Positions 42,016 to 49,828 of a stretch of DNA of 64,000 nucleotides are shown piece by piece (the stretch's first letter is position 1; every line of letters starts with the position of its first letter). The notes beneath the pieces were generated by a model, which had not been told where the DNA came from, searched no databases, and saw only the letters and a program-made list of their open reading frames with translations. The position numbers and the translations under genes are program-made. This stretch comes from an uncultured Spirochaetota bacterium (GTDB lineage: Bacteria > Spirochaetota > Spirochaetia > SZUA-6 > CAVTHK01): positions 576,001 through 640,000 of the forward strand of contig CAVTHK010000011.1 of assembly GCA_963734495.1 (NCBI GenBank), in the 5' to 3' direction.

Positions 42016-42315
42016 ATGGCTATCTACGCGATCGACAGGATCACCGGCACAACGGACGCAGGCTGGCAGCTGACCCAGAAGCAGTTCGAGGACCTGCTGA
42101 AGAAGGCCTACGAGGCGATGGCGTCCGTGGGCGGCAGCATGGTGGGCGTGTATCGGTCCTGTACCGGAAGAGGCAAGGTCTATGTCGGCTCTTTTCCCTC
42201 GCTGGAGGCGATCGAGAAGCATCGCGCGGCGGTCTGGTCGCGCGAAGGCCTGGGGTTCGGGCGCTACTGGACCTACGAGTCCGACATCCTGCGCGAGCTG
42301 CCGCCGGGATCGTGA
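42016..42315 (+). CDS. Small hypothetical protein (99 aa), possibly a dimeric alpha+beta barrel
   Basis: RBS GGAG and typical codon usage. The beta-alpha-beta-beta-alpha-beta-like pattern includes GGSMVGVY and FPSLEAIEKH. Confidence 0.65.
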   Translation: MAIYAIDRITGTTDAGWQLTQKQFEDLLKKAYEAMASVGGSMVGVYRSCTGRGKVYVGSFPSLEAIEKHRAAVWSREGLGFGRYWTYESDILRELPPGS

Positions 42316-42482
42316 CCCGGCCCGCATGCAACCAGTGCCTGTCGGCGCGGTAAGCGCGCTCGACGGGAGCCGCGCCTGCGGCCGCGGTTGAGGCGCTGCG
42401 CAAAGGCCTTCAACAGCTCCTCATCGTCGAAGAGGCTTTGTTGACTTCTGACTTCGCTCTTGCCTTCTGCATCACGCTCGAC

Positions 42483-42590
42483 CTACGACGGCGCCTTGCC
42501 CACCTGCTGCAGAAAGGTCAGCAGGTCCCAGTGCGCCCACGTCTCGGCAACCCCCCAGCGCTCGACCACGGCCTTGTTTCCCTTTGCCAC
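42483..42590 (-). pseudogene. Internally deleted SnoaL-like ester cyclase remnant (35 aa)
   Basis: Purine-rich RBS and GTG. The N-terminal-like NKAVVERW is joined directly to the C-terminal-like VAETWAHWDLLTFLQQVG. Confidence 0.55.
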
Positions 42591-42619
42591 TCCTTCCCCT
42601 TTTTGGGGCCCCGTCGGCA

Positions 42620-42946
42620 CTAGCCCCTGGGACCCTTGAAAGTGATCGTGCCCGCCTTCCTCATGCCCTCCATTGCTTCGGAGATGGAGAGAAGCACCGT
42701 CGTCTTGATCGAGCGCAGGTGCCCCGGAGCCACAGCCGCAAGAACGCCTGCCGCCTGGCCGATGTTGTCGAGGCCCTCGGTGATCGTCAGGGCGTCGTAT
42801 TCGCCGAAGCAGAAGTACATGCCGATGAGCCGGCCTCCCGCGGCTTCGACCAGAGCCTTGACGGCTGTGCTTCGGTCTTCGGGTTTCCTGGTCATCGCGG
42901 CCCAGGCCTCGGGCGTGTACGAGAACTGCGTCATGTAGAACGGCAT
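42620..42946 (-). CDS. GYD-domain protein
   Basis: MPFYMTQFSYTPEAW...PEDRS...GGRLIGMYFCFGEYD...IKTTVLL. RBS GAGGAGG precedes the start. Confidence 0.9.
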   Translation of the reverse strand: MPFYMTQFSYTPEAWAAMTRKPEDRSTAVKALVEAAGGRLIGMYFCFGEYDALTITEGLDNIGQAAGVLAAVAPGHLRSIKTTVLLSISEAMEGMRKAGTITFKGPRG

Positions 42947-43146
42947 GGTCCCTCCTCCTCGGTGCCGCACCCTCTCGGCGCCTCGCCGCTGCGTCGAATG
43001 CGGGGCGCTTCGGGCGACGGCTAATCATCGAGTCTACGAACCAGGCCTTCCCCGCGATAGGGATACGGCAGCAAAATGTCCGCCACCGTCGGACTATTGC
43101 CCTCCGCCGTCCATTCCGACGGCCCGCCAGGGCGTGGCGGCCCTGC

Positions 43147-43184
43147 CATTGACGGTGCGGGACCTATCATTGACGGTGCGGGAC
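43147..43184. repeat. Perfect 17-bp direct repeat with a 21-bp period
   Basis: CATTGACGGTGCGGGAC at 43147-43163 and 43168-43184. Confidence 0.9.
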
Positions 43185-43210
43185 ACGATTCCTGTCGCGG
43201 TCCCTCCGCG

Positions 43211-43363
43211 GCTGCTCGCTACATGATGCAGTGGTCTTTGACGACCGAAGGGTGGGCCGCCCTCGTGCGGAACCCTGAGGATCGCAGCGTGCCCTCGAGG
43301 GCGCTGGTCGAGAGCCTGGGCGGAAAGTTGCTCGGCCTGTACTATACCTTCGGCGAGTACGAA
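43211..43363 (+). pseudogene. Truncated second GYD-domain gene
   Basis: ARYMMQWSLTTEGWAALVRNPEDRSVPSRALVESLGGKLLGLYYTFGEYE aligns with the first half of the neighbouring GYD protein, then similarity stops. Confidence 0.7.
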
Positions 43364-43403
43364 CGGCTTCTCGCGCGGGACAACTTTCCGCACAGCGTGG
43401 GAG

Positions 43404-44123
43404 CTATCCCACGAATGCCGTATTTCCGCCCGCGTCCTTCACGTAACACGGAACGGTTGTGCTCGCGTCGCACTCGATGCAATAGGGAATATCCGCTCGC
43501 AGGCCCCGGCGGATGAGGGTGCGCACGTGGCTGCAAGTCCGCTCGTTCACGACCTCAGCAACCGGCCGCTGCGCGAGGAGGGCGGCAGACCACGCCAGGT
43601 CGCTCAAGGCGTAGCCGCGCGACGCGAGGCCCCGCGCGATGAGGCCGGCACAGTAGAAGTCCTCGATCGTGAACGCGCCCTCGGTGCCCGCGCACAAGAG
43701 GGCGACGGGGCCCTCGCTCGAGGCGAGGTTGCCGGCCACCGCCGCGGCGTTGCGCAGGCAAGCGGCAACGATCGATGCGGCCGGCTCTGCCCGCTGTACG
43801 GCCAGCGTGCCGTTCGTGGTCGTGAGGACGACGATGCGGCCCGCCAGATCGGCGCCGGAGAGCTCGACCGGCGAGTTGCCGTAGTCGAATCCCTCGGGAG
43901 CAAAACCGCCCCGCTCGCCGGCGAGCAGCGCGCCCGGCAGCCCTGCCCGCAGGAGGCGCGCCTCCTCGAGCCCGGCCACCGTCAGCACGCGGCTTGCCCC
44001 GCGCTCCAGCGCCGTGAGTATGACAGTCGTGGCCCGCAGCACATCGATCACGGCCACGCGGCGGCCGGCCAGCTCGGCGGCGGTCGCGGACTGCACTGTG
44101 GGCACCAGTATGACGTCGTTCAC
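43404..44123 (-). CDS. comB: 2-phosphosulfolactate phosphatase family protein
   Basis: VIDVLRATT, LAGERGG, FDYGNSP, LTTTNGT and EDFYCAG. Confidence 0.92.
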   Translation of the reverse strand: MNDVILVPTVQSATAAELAGRRVAVIDVLRATTVILTALERGASRVLTVAGLEEARLLRAGLPGALLAGERGGFAPEGFDYGNSPVELSGADLAGRIVVLTTTNGTLAVQRAEPAASIVAACLRNAAAVAGNLASSEGPVALLCAGTEGAFTIEDFYCAGLIARGLASRGYALSDLAWSAALLAQRPVAEVVNERTCSHVRTLIRRGLRADIPYCIECDASTTVPCYVKDAGGNTAFVG

Positions 44124-44129
44124 GAGGCC

Positions 44130-45221
44130 TTACCTTGCTTCCGGCCCGTTGGGCTCGATGACCACTTTGACGGCTCCTTCGAGTCGTTTCTCGAATGTCT
44201 CGAGGGCGCGCGGGAACTCCACCAGCGGGAAGACGTGAGTGATCAGGTCCTTCACTGCCAGCTTGCCGGAGGAGATCAGGGAAATGATCTTCCGCGCCGC
44301 GTTGGGATTGGCCTTGATCCCGAAGATGGCGACTTCGTTGCGGCAGAGATACTTGAAAGGTATCTTCTCCAGGACGCTTTCCTGCGGTGTTCCCAGCAGG
44401 CCGATCTGTCCGCCGGGCCTGACCATGCGGATGGCCTGGTTCAGCGTCCCCTCGGCGCCCGATGCTTCGAACACCTGGTCCGGACCGACGCCCGACGTCG
44501 CCTCGCGAACCGCCTGAACGGGGTCCTGCTTCTCGAAGTCCACGAGCACGTCCGCGACGAGCCGTCCGGCCGCTTCCAGCCTGGCGCGGCGCCCGACGGC
44601 CACGATTCTCGAGGCCCCGAGGCTCTTGGCAACGCGCATCGCGAGAATCCCGATCGGTCCGGGGCCTATGACGGCGACCGTTCCGCCCGGGGTGATCTTC
44701 ATCAAGTCCGCGGCGTGCATCGCGGGTCCGGCGGTATCCACCAGCGCGCCCTCGAGGAAGGACACGTTGTCGGGCAGCTTGTGGATGCTCTTGATGGAAT
44801 ACGCGTTGTACTGCGCGTAGGCGCCCTGGTTGCGAAATCCGTAGTGGCGCGCCCCGGCTTCGTTCCTGCCGTAGTTCTGACACAGGTTGTAGCGACCCTC
44901 GCGGCAGCTGTAGCAGTTCCCGCAGCCCTTCCAGGCTTCGCCGGCCACTCGGTCTCCCGGCTTGAACTCCGTGACTCCCTCGCCGACCGCCGCGACCTCG
45001 CCGGCCCATTCGTGACCCGGGGTAAAGGGGTAGGCGGGCGGCCAGAATCCGGCCTGGCCGCCATGAACGATCTCCGGATCGCTTCCGCATATGGCTACGG
45101 CCCTGATCCTGCAGAGCACCTCGAAAGACGCCGGAGCGGGGACCGGCACATCTCTGATCTCGAAGGCTCCTGCCGAAGGCAGGACGAGGGCCTTCATCCT
45201 CTGGGGTATGGGTGCGTCCAT
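44130..45221 (-). CDS. Zinc-dependent dehydrogenase (MDR, sorbitol/threonine dehydrogenase-like)
   Basis: ICGSD, GHEW, structural zinc motif CGNCYSCREGRYNLC and GPGPIG. Confidence 0.93.
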   Translation of the reverse strand: MDAPIPQRMKALVLPSAGAFEIRDVPVPAPASFEVLCRIRAVAICGSDPEIVHGGQAGFWPPAYPFTPGHEWAGEVAAVGEGVTEFKPGDRVAGEAWKGCGNCYSCREGRYNLCQNYGRNEAGARHYGFRNQGAYAQYNAYSIKSIHKLPDNVSFLEGALVDTAGPAMHAADLMKITPGGTVAVIGPGPIGILAMRVAKSLGASRIVAVGRRARLEAAGRLVADVLVDFEKQDPVQAVREATSGVGPDQVFEASGAEGTLNQAIRMVRPGGQIGLLGTPQESVLEKIPFKYLCRNEVAIFGIKANPNAARKIISLISSGKLAVKDLITHVFPLVEFPRALETFEKRLEGAVKVVIEPNGPEAR

Positions 45222-45270
45222 TCGCTCAACTCCTTTGCGGTTCGCGCCGTCCCTCCGCGGGGGTCCCGGC

Positions 45271-45480
45271 CTATGCATCCTCGTGCTCGTCGAGCACGCC
45301 CTTCAGCGCTTCCAGGGCGTACGCCATGTGCCGTCGCATGGCCCTTCGGGCCCCATGGGCGTCTCGCTGCCTGAGGCATTTGACGATCGCACTGTGGACT
45401 ACGTGTTCGCGCGCGATCACGGCTTCCCCCACTCCGGCTTCGTTGTCGCCGAGAGCACGAGCGGACGGCTGAGCTGCCGG
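45271..45480 (-). pseudogene. C-terminal FCD-domain remnant of a GntR/FadR regulator
   Basis: REHVVHSAIVKCLRQRDAHGARRAMRRHMAYA resembles the FCD tail. No HTH is recognisable upstream. Confidence 0.6.
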
Positions 45481-45551
45481 GATTGGTGCGGAGTCGCGCC
45501 GCCGGCCGGGATGGGCGTGTGAGACTGATCGCGGCGCGGGCGCTGCCGGGC

Positions 45552-47093
45552 TCATGGGGTGAGGTCGCGATACCCGGGCGCCTTGAGGGGACGATCGGTC
45601 TCCTTCCGGAGAACCTCGCGGAGCGCCGATCGCATTCCGGCGGTTCGTATCGCGGCGAGACTGCCGGCAACCGCCTTCTTCAGACCTTTCTGCTCGGCGA
45701 CCTCCGGCGGGAAGACCGCGCCGACGTTGAAGAAAGGATCCACGCTGCCGCGGGAATTCCGTGCTGCGCGCTGAAGGACCTCGCCCAGGGGGTCGTCGAT
45801 GACGATCGGCTTGCCGTCCTCACCGACGCCCTCGAGAAAACGGATCCATGCTGCCAGGCCGAACGCCGCGAACAGGCACCTGCCGCCCTTTTGGAGAATC
45901 TCGGCGATGGGCTCGAGGATCATGTTCGGGATCTTCTTCGATCCGTCCTGCGCGAGGCGGAGCACCTGGTCCGCGATCGCGGGATTGGAGAAACGGTCGA
46001 TGAGCGACTCCTTGTACTCCTCGAGGTCCATTCCCGGGACAGCCCCGACGGTCGGGGTGACTTCGTCCATGTAGCGGCGGACCAGGTCACGAACATCGTC
46101 GTCTGCCATGGCAAGATCCACGCGGCGGTGGCCCAGCAGCGCGCTCACGTAGCCGAGCACGGAGTGGCTTCCGTTGAGCAGGCGGATCTTCATGCGCTCA
46201 AAGGGGACCACGTCGGCGACGAACGTCGCGCCGGCGATGGCCCAGTCCGGACGCCCGGCGGGGAACCGATCCTCGATGACCCACTGGCGGAACCGCTCGC
46301 AGAACACGGGCCACCGGTCCTCGATCCCGAAGCTCGACCTGAGGAGGGCGCGTTGCTCGTCCGTGGTGATCGGCGTGATGCGATCCACCATGCAGTTGGG
46401 GAACTGCACCTTGTCCTCCACGAACCTCCGCTGCTCCGGATCGGCCTGCTGCAGGAACTGGAGGAGGAGCTTTCTCAGCCGGTCGCCGTTCTGCGGCAGA
46501 TTGTCGCAGGAGAGGACCGTCGGCGGCCGCGTGCCATTCCTGCGGACCTCGGCCAGCGCCGCCGCGAGGTACCCGTAGATCGTCCGCGGAGCGCCCGCGC
46601 CCGCGAGGTCGTTGCGCACGGCCGCGTTGTCGAGATCGAGGTCGACGCTCTCGGCACGGTAGCAATAGCCGTTCTCGGTGATGGTCATGGAGATGATGCG
46701 AGTCGATTCGTCCGCCATGGCCCGGATGAGCCCGGATGGGTCCTCGGTTCCCAGGAGATAGTCGACGATCGACCCGACGACGCGCTTGTCCTCGCCATGC
46801 CGGTCGCGGGCGACCACCGTGTAGAGGTAGTCCTGCGGCGACAGCGCGTCCTTCATGCGCGCGTCGCCGGCCGTGATGCCGGCTCCCCGGATGCCCCAGT
46901 GGAGGTCGCCGGCTGCCAGCACGTCGTCGGTGTAGACCGCCTGGTGGGCGCGGTGGAATCCGCCAACACCGAAGTGCACGATCGCCGGCTCGACGCGGGC
47001 CCTGTCGTACGCGGGAACCGCAAAGTCGCGCGGCAGGTTCCTGAGCGCACTGCTCTTTAGCGGCACTGGGGCTCTCTCTGACGGATGGCTCAC
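45552..47093 (-). CDS. Mannitol dehydrogenase family protein (MtlK/UxuB-like)
   Basis: IVHFGVGGFHRAHQA, VLSCDN, FPNCMVDRITP and KIRLLNGSH. RBS AAAGGAG precedes the GTG. Confidence 0.95.
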   Translation of the reverse strand: MSHPSERAPVPLKSSALRNLPRDFAVPAYDRARVEPAIVHFGVGGFHRAHQAVYTDDVLAAGDLHWGIRGAGITAGDARMKDALSPQDYLYTVVARDRHGEDKRVVGSIVDYLLGTEDPSGLIRAMADESTRIISMTITENGYCYRAESVDLDLDNAAVRNDLAGAGAPRTIYGYLAAALAEVRRNGTRPPTVLSCDNLPQNGDRLRKLLLQFLQQADPEQRRFVEDKVQFPNCMVDRITPITTDEQRALLRSSFGIEDRWPVFCERFRQWVIEDRFPAGRPDWAIAGATFVADVVPFERMKIRLLNGSHSVLGYVSALLGHRRVDLAMADDDVRDLVRRYMDEVTPTVGAVPGMDLEEYKESLIDRFSNPAIADQVLRLAQDGSKKIPNMILEPIAEILQKGGRCLFAAFGLAAWIRFLEGVGEDGKPIVIDDPLGEVLQRAARNSRGSVDPFFNVGAVFPPEVAEQKGLKKAVAGSLAAIRTAGMRSALREVLRKETDRPLKAPGYRDLTP

Positions 47094-47276
47094 GGGCTGT
47101 GCTCCTTTCGCGCGTTTGTCTCTTGCGGGTGCTACCCCTTGACGGCGCCGAGGGTCAATCCCTTGACGAGAGACCTCCGCGTCATCCGGCATGATAGCAG
47201 GAACGACGGCAAAGGTGGAGGATGCGGAGAGCTGCGCCGTGTGCCTGGGGCCGTCGAGCCGCGGCGTGCGTGGTCT

Positions 47277-48311
47277 TCAGCGCGGGACGTGCGTCCTGGC
47301 CCACGCCCGAGGGCTCGCTCCGAATCGTTCGCCGAATGCGCGCGCAAAGTGGCTCAGGCTGGCGTAGCCGACCGACCAGGCTGCTTCCTTGACGCTGGCC
47401 CGTTCGTCGCGGAGCAGCGCGGACGCGCGGTCGAGCCGCAGATTCCGCAGGTGCTGGAACACCGTCTCCCCAAAAAGCTCGTGGAATCCACGCTTGAGCA
47501 AGGTGGTGCTCAGCGCCACTTCGCGCGACAACTCCCGCAGCGATGGAGGCGCCGCCATGCGCGTTGTGATCACGGCCCTGGCTTCGTGCAGCCGTTCGAT
47601 CTGGCGGCGGCTCAGAGCCGTCCTGGCCGGGGGCTGGATCTCGGAGAGCTGGGCCAGCCGCAACGCGAGCAGCTCCAGAATCTTGCCTTCGAGGTAGAGC
47701 TTCTTGAGGCTCCCGTGGAAGGGCGAATCGTCGATGCGCTCCACGATGGCTCGCATCTCCAGGGTCATCCTGCTGGTGTGGCAGGCGGGCGGCCCTCCCT
47801 CTCCCGCGAGCGCAACGATCTGGTGCAGCGAGTCACCGGCCTGCAGGTCCTCAGCGAGTGCCACGAGGACTTGTCGCAGGAGAAAGAGATTCAGCATCCG
47901 GACGCGGCAAAACGGCGAATACGTCAAGGTCATGGGAGCAGGGACCGAGACCACATGGGAATCCCCGAATCGGGTCAGCCGTTTCTCCCCGTCCAGAGTC
48001 CGGATCAAAGGGGTCTGGGACAGGTTGAATGCCACATAGACCATGTCCGGGCTGTGCCCCGTCGCGATGGTTTCGTCGGGTCCGCCGTCGAGGTAGGAAC
48101 AGACGTAGAGCAGCCCCTCGCCAAGCAGCACGGAACGCTGCAGCCCGCTGCCTACCTGCGGGGGGCGCACCAGGATCGTTTCGAAGGTGTCAGCCGGGAA
48201 GAGGCGGACGGAGAGTGGTGCACAGCCCGTCTGGCGGTACTCCCCGCGTATCGCGTCCTGCGGGCGAAGCTGCAGCCGCGCCTCCTTTGGATCACCATCG
48301 CGGCTGTCCAT
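47277..48311 (-). CDS. AraC-family regulator (PchR-like)
   Basis: LYLEGKILELL, PPSLRELSREV, LKRGFHELFGETV and VGYASLSHFARAF. Confidence 0.92.
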   Translation of the reverse strand: MDSRDGDPKEARLQLRPQDAIRGEYRQTGCAPLSVRLFPADTFETILVRPPQVGSGLQRSVLLGEGLLYVCSYLDGGPDETIATGHSPDMVYVAFNLSQTPLIRTLDGEKRLTRFGDSHVVSVPAPMTLTYSPFCRVRMLNLFLLRQVLVALAEDLQAGDSLHQIVALAGEGGPPACHTSRMTLEMRAIVERIDDSPFHGSLKKLYLEGKILELLALRLAQLSEIQPPARTALSRRQIERLHEARAVITTRMAAPPSLRELSREVALSTTLLKRGFHELFGETVFQHLRNLRLDRASALLRDERASVKEAAWSVGYASLSHFARAFGERFGASPRAWARTHVPR

Positions 48312-48697
48312 CGGGCACGCGGGCCTCCTCGCGCACGACGCTCTCCGCAGTGCACGCTCTATCGGCCGCCGACGAAACCCGAGTCGTCCGGCTGCCCGGC
48401 GGCGCGCTACGCGGCAGCGCCTCTTGGGGGTCTACGCAACATCTTCGTGGAAACTGGCGCAGGTTGCAAGAGGCGCGCCGGGCCCGGCGCCTCGATGTGC
48501 GCGCGGTGACGTCGAGGCTGCGATCGACGTCCGCGCTGGCGAGCCGGCCCAGGCGCGTTCATGGACGCGCGGTTCGCACCGATGGCTCATCACGAAGCTC
48601 TGTCAATTCGATGCCAACGACACGAGCAATCCCGATCATCTGCGTTGTGCGCGTCGCGGACAGTGATGTTTTCGTGATCGGGTGATTTGATGCTCGC

Positions 48698-49096
48698 TCA
48701 CGCCAACCGAATGCCAACCTGGCAGCCGGTAAACGAATTGCTCGCCATGATATTGCGGCCCACGTGGAGGCCTGCAACATCGTCAAAGATGTTCAACCCG
48801 AGCGGGCGGAGGTCCAGTTTGATGTGAAGCGTGTGTTCGTCGATCCGCGTTGCTAGAAGAATCGCCTGGTCGCAAACCAGCACCGTCTTCCCCGTGTCCG
48901 AGGCGATCAGGCGACAGTCATCGCCAACTACGTCTTTACCCTCGACGCGAACAGCTCGTATCTTTTCGCCCAATCCAGTTGTGTCGAGTTGGAGACTCGA
49001 CAGCCCAGCCTCGGCTCTTAGAACGGGGTGTTCATGCCACGCGATCAGAATCCGGCAGTTCTCAAATCGGTTGAGACCCATGAGTACCGTGTTCAT
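48698..49096 (-). CDS. Hypothetical beta-rich protein (132 aa), third gene of the low-GC cassette
   Basis: RBS GGAGG. Its ATG overlaps the upstream TGA (ATGA coupling), and GC content is atypically low. Confidence 0.7.
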   Translation of the reverse strand: MNTVLMGLNRFENCRILIAWHEHPVLRAEAGLSSLQLDTTGLGEKIRAVRVEGKDVVGDDCRLIASDTGKTVLVCDQAILLATRIDEHTLHIKLDLRPLGLNIFDDVAGLHVGRNIMASNSFTGCQVGIRLA

Positions 49097-49395
49097 GCAG
49101 CCTCCAACCGCCAGTCCTTTACGATCCACTCCTCGTGGCGTTCCTGGTAAGGCGCCGTCGGGGGAGGCGCCTCCGAAAAAGCGACATCAGAAATTGGAAT
49201 GGTCACAGGATAGAGGGTTGCGATCGACACGAACCCTCGGTTGTTGAGGAGGTCATGCTCCTCGTCACTGAGTCGATACCAGATCGAGTCCATGAGATCC
49301 CGCAGTGAATCGGCGAAAGGCTCGTCTCCGCCTTCGTCTGCCTCCATCATGATTCGCTCAAGGCTCAGGTAGCGATCGATGGGGTCATAGGCCAT
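49093..49395 (-). CDS. Small acidic helical protein (100 aa), candidate antitoxin/immunity protein
   Basis: RBS GGAG; MAYDPIDRYLSLERIMMEADEGGDEPFADSLRDLMDSIWYRLSDEEHDLLN. It overlaps the 3' end of the toxin-like gene by 31 nt. Confidence 0.7.
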   Translation of the reverse strand: MAYDPIDRYLSLERIMMEADEGGDEPFADSLRDLMDSIWYRLSDEEHDLLNNRGFVSIATLYPVTIPISDVAFSEAPPPTAPYQERHEEWIVKDWRLEAA

Positions 49396-49793
49396 ATCTT
49401 TCTCCAATCGTCTCTCGTCGAACCGAGGGTGCCCTCGTATTGCATCAAAGGCATGACATGGGCGGGCTCGACGAACGCATGTTTTGTGGCCAGCCTCGGA
49501 TCTGGACGCAGCGTCAGGTCTCCCATGCTCACTCGAACCTTGGCGATGGCGTACATTCCAAGGCCGTCGGGCCCCGTGGAACCGTGTCCCATCGCCTTTG
49601 GGCGCCGGTGGTTCGGGACATTCAGGGCAGAGTCCGGGGAAACCGACATGCCGCCGGTGCCAGGATGCACATCGCCAACTGCATCCGGCTCGATGTCAGC
49701 AGGCACCCGAACGCCCAGGGAGTTCGCGGATCGGCCGAGCTGAGGCTTCCCGCCGTCGCCGGGAACCATGCCGCGAAACACCAAATCCTCCAT
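49365..49793 (-). CDS. Tse2-like ADP-ribosyltransferase-fold toxin (142 aa)
   Basis: VFRGM (strand-1 Arg), LGVR..DI, PGTGGMSVSP (Ser), RPDP..HAFVEP...MPLMQYE..L..T...W. Recognised by eye as the Tse2-family pattern. Confidence 0.7.
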   Translation of the reverse strand: MEDLVFRGMVPGDGGKPQLGRSANSLGVRVPADIEPDAVGDVHPGTGGMSVSPDSALNVPNHRRPKAMGHGSTGPDGLGMYAIAKVRVSMGDLTLRPDPRLATKHAFVEPAHVMPLMQYEGTLGSTRDDWRKIWPMTPSIAT

Positions 49794-49828
49794 AAGGTCA
49801 GAATACTGCGACGCGCAACGTCAGTCGA
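49794..49828 (-). promoter_or_regulatory. Putative leaderless sigma-70 promoter of the toxin-like gene
   Basis: TCGACT-N17-TATTCT-N6-ATG, with no Shine-Dalgarno sequence. Confidence 0.5.

Noticed and set aside
48417-48476. Integron attC site flanking the toxin cassette
   Set aside because: The ends do not match RYYYAAC/GTTRRRY properly, and there is no integrase or second site.
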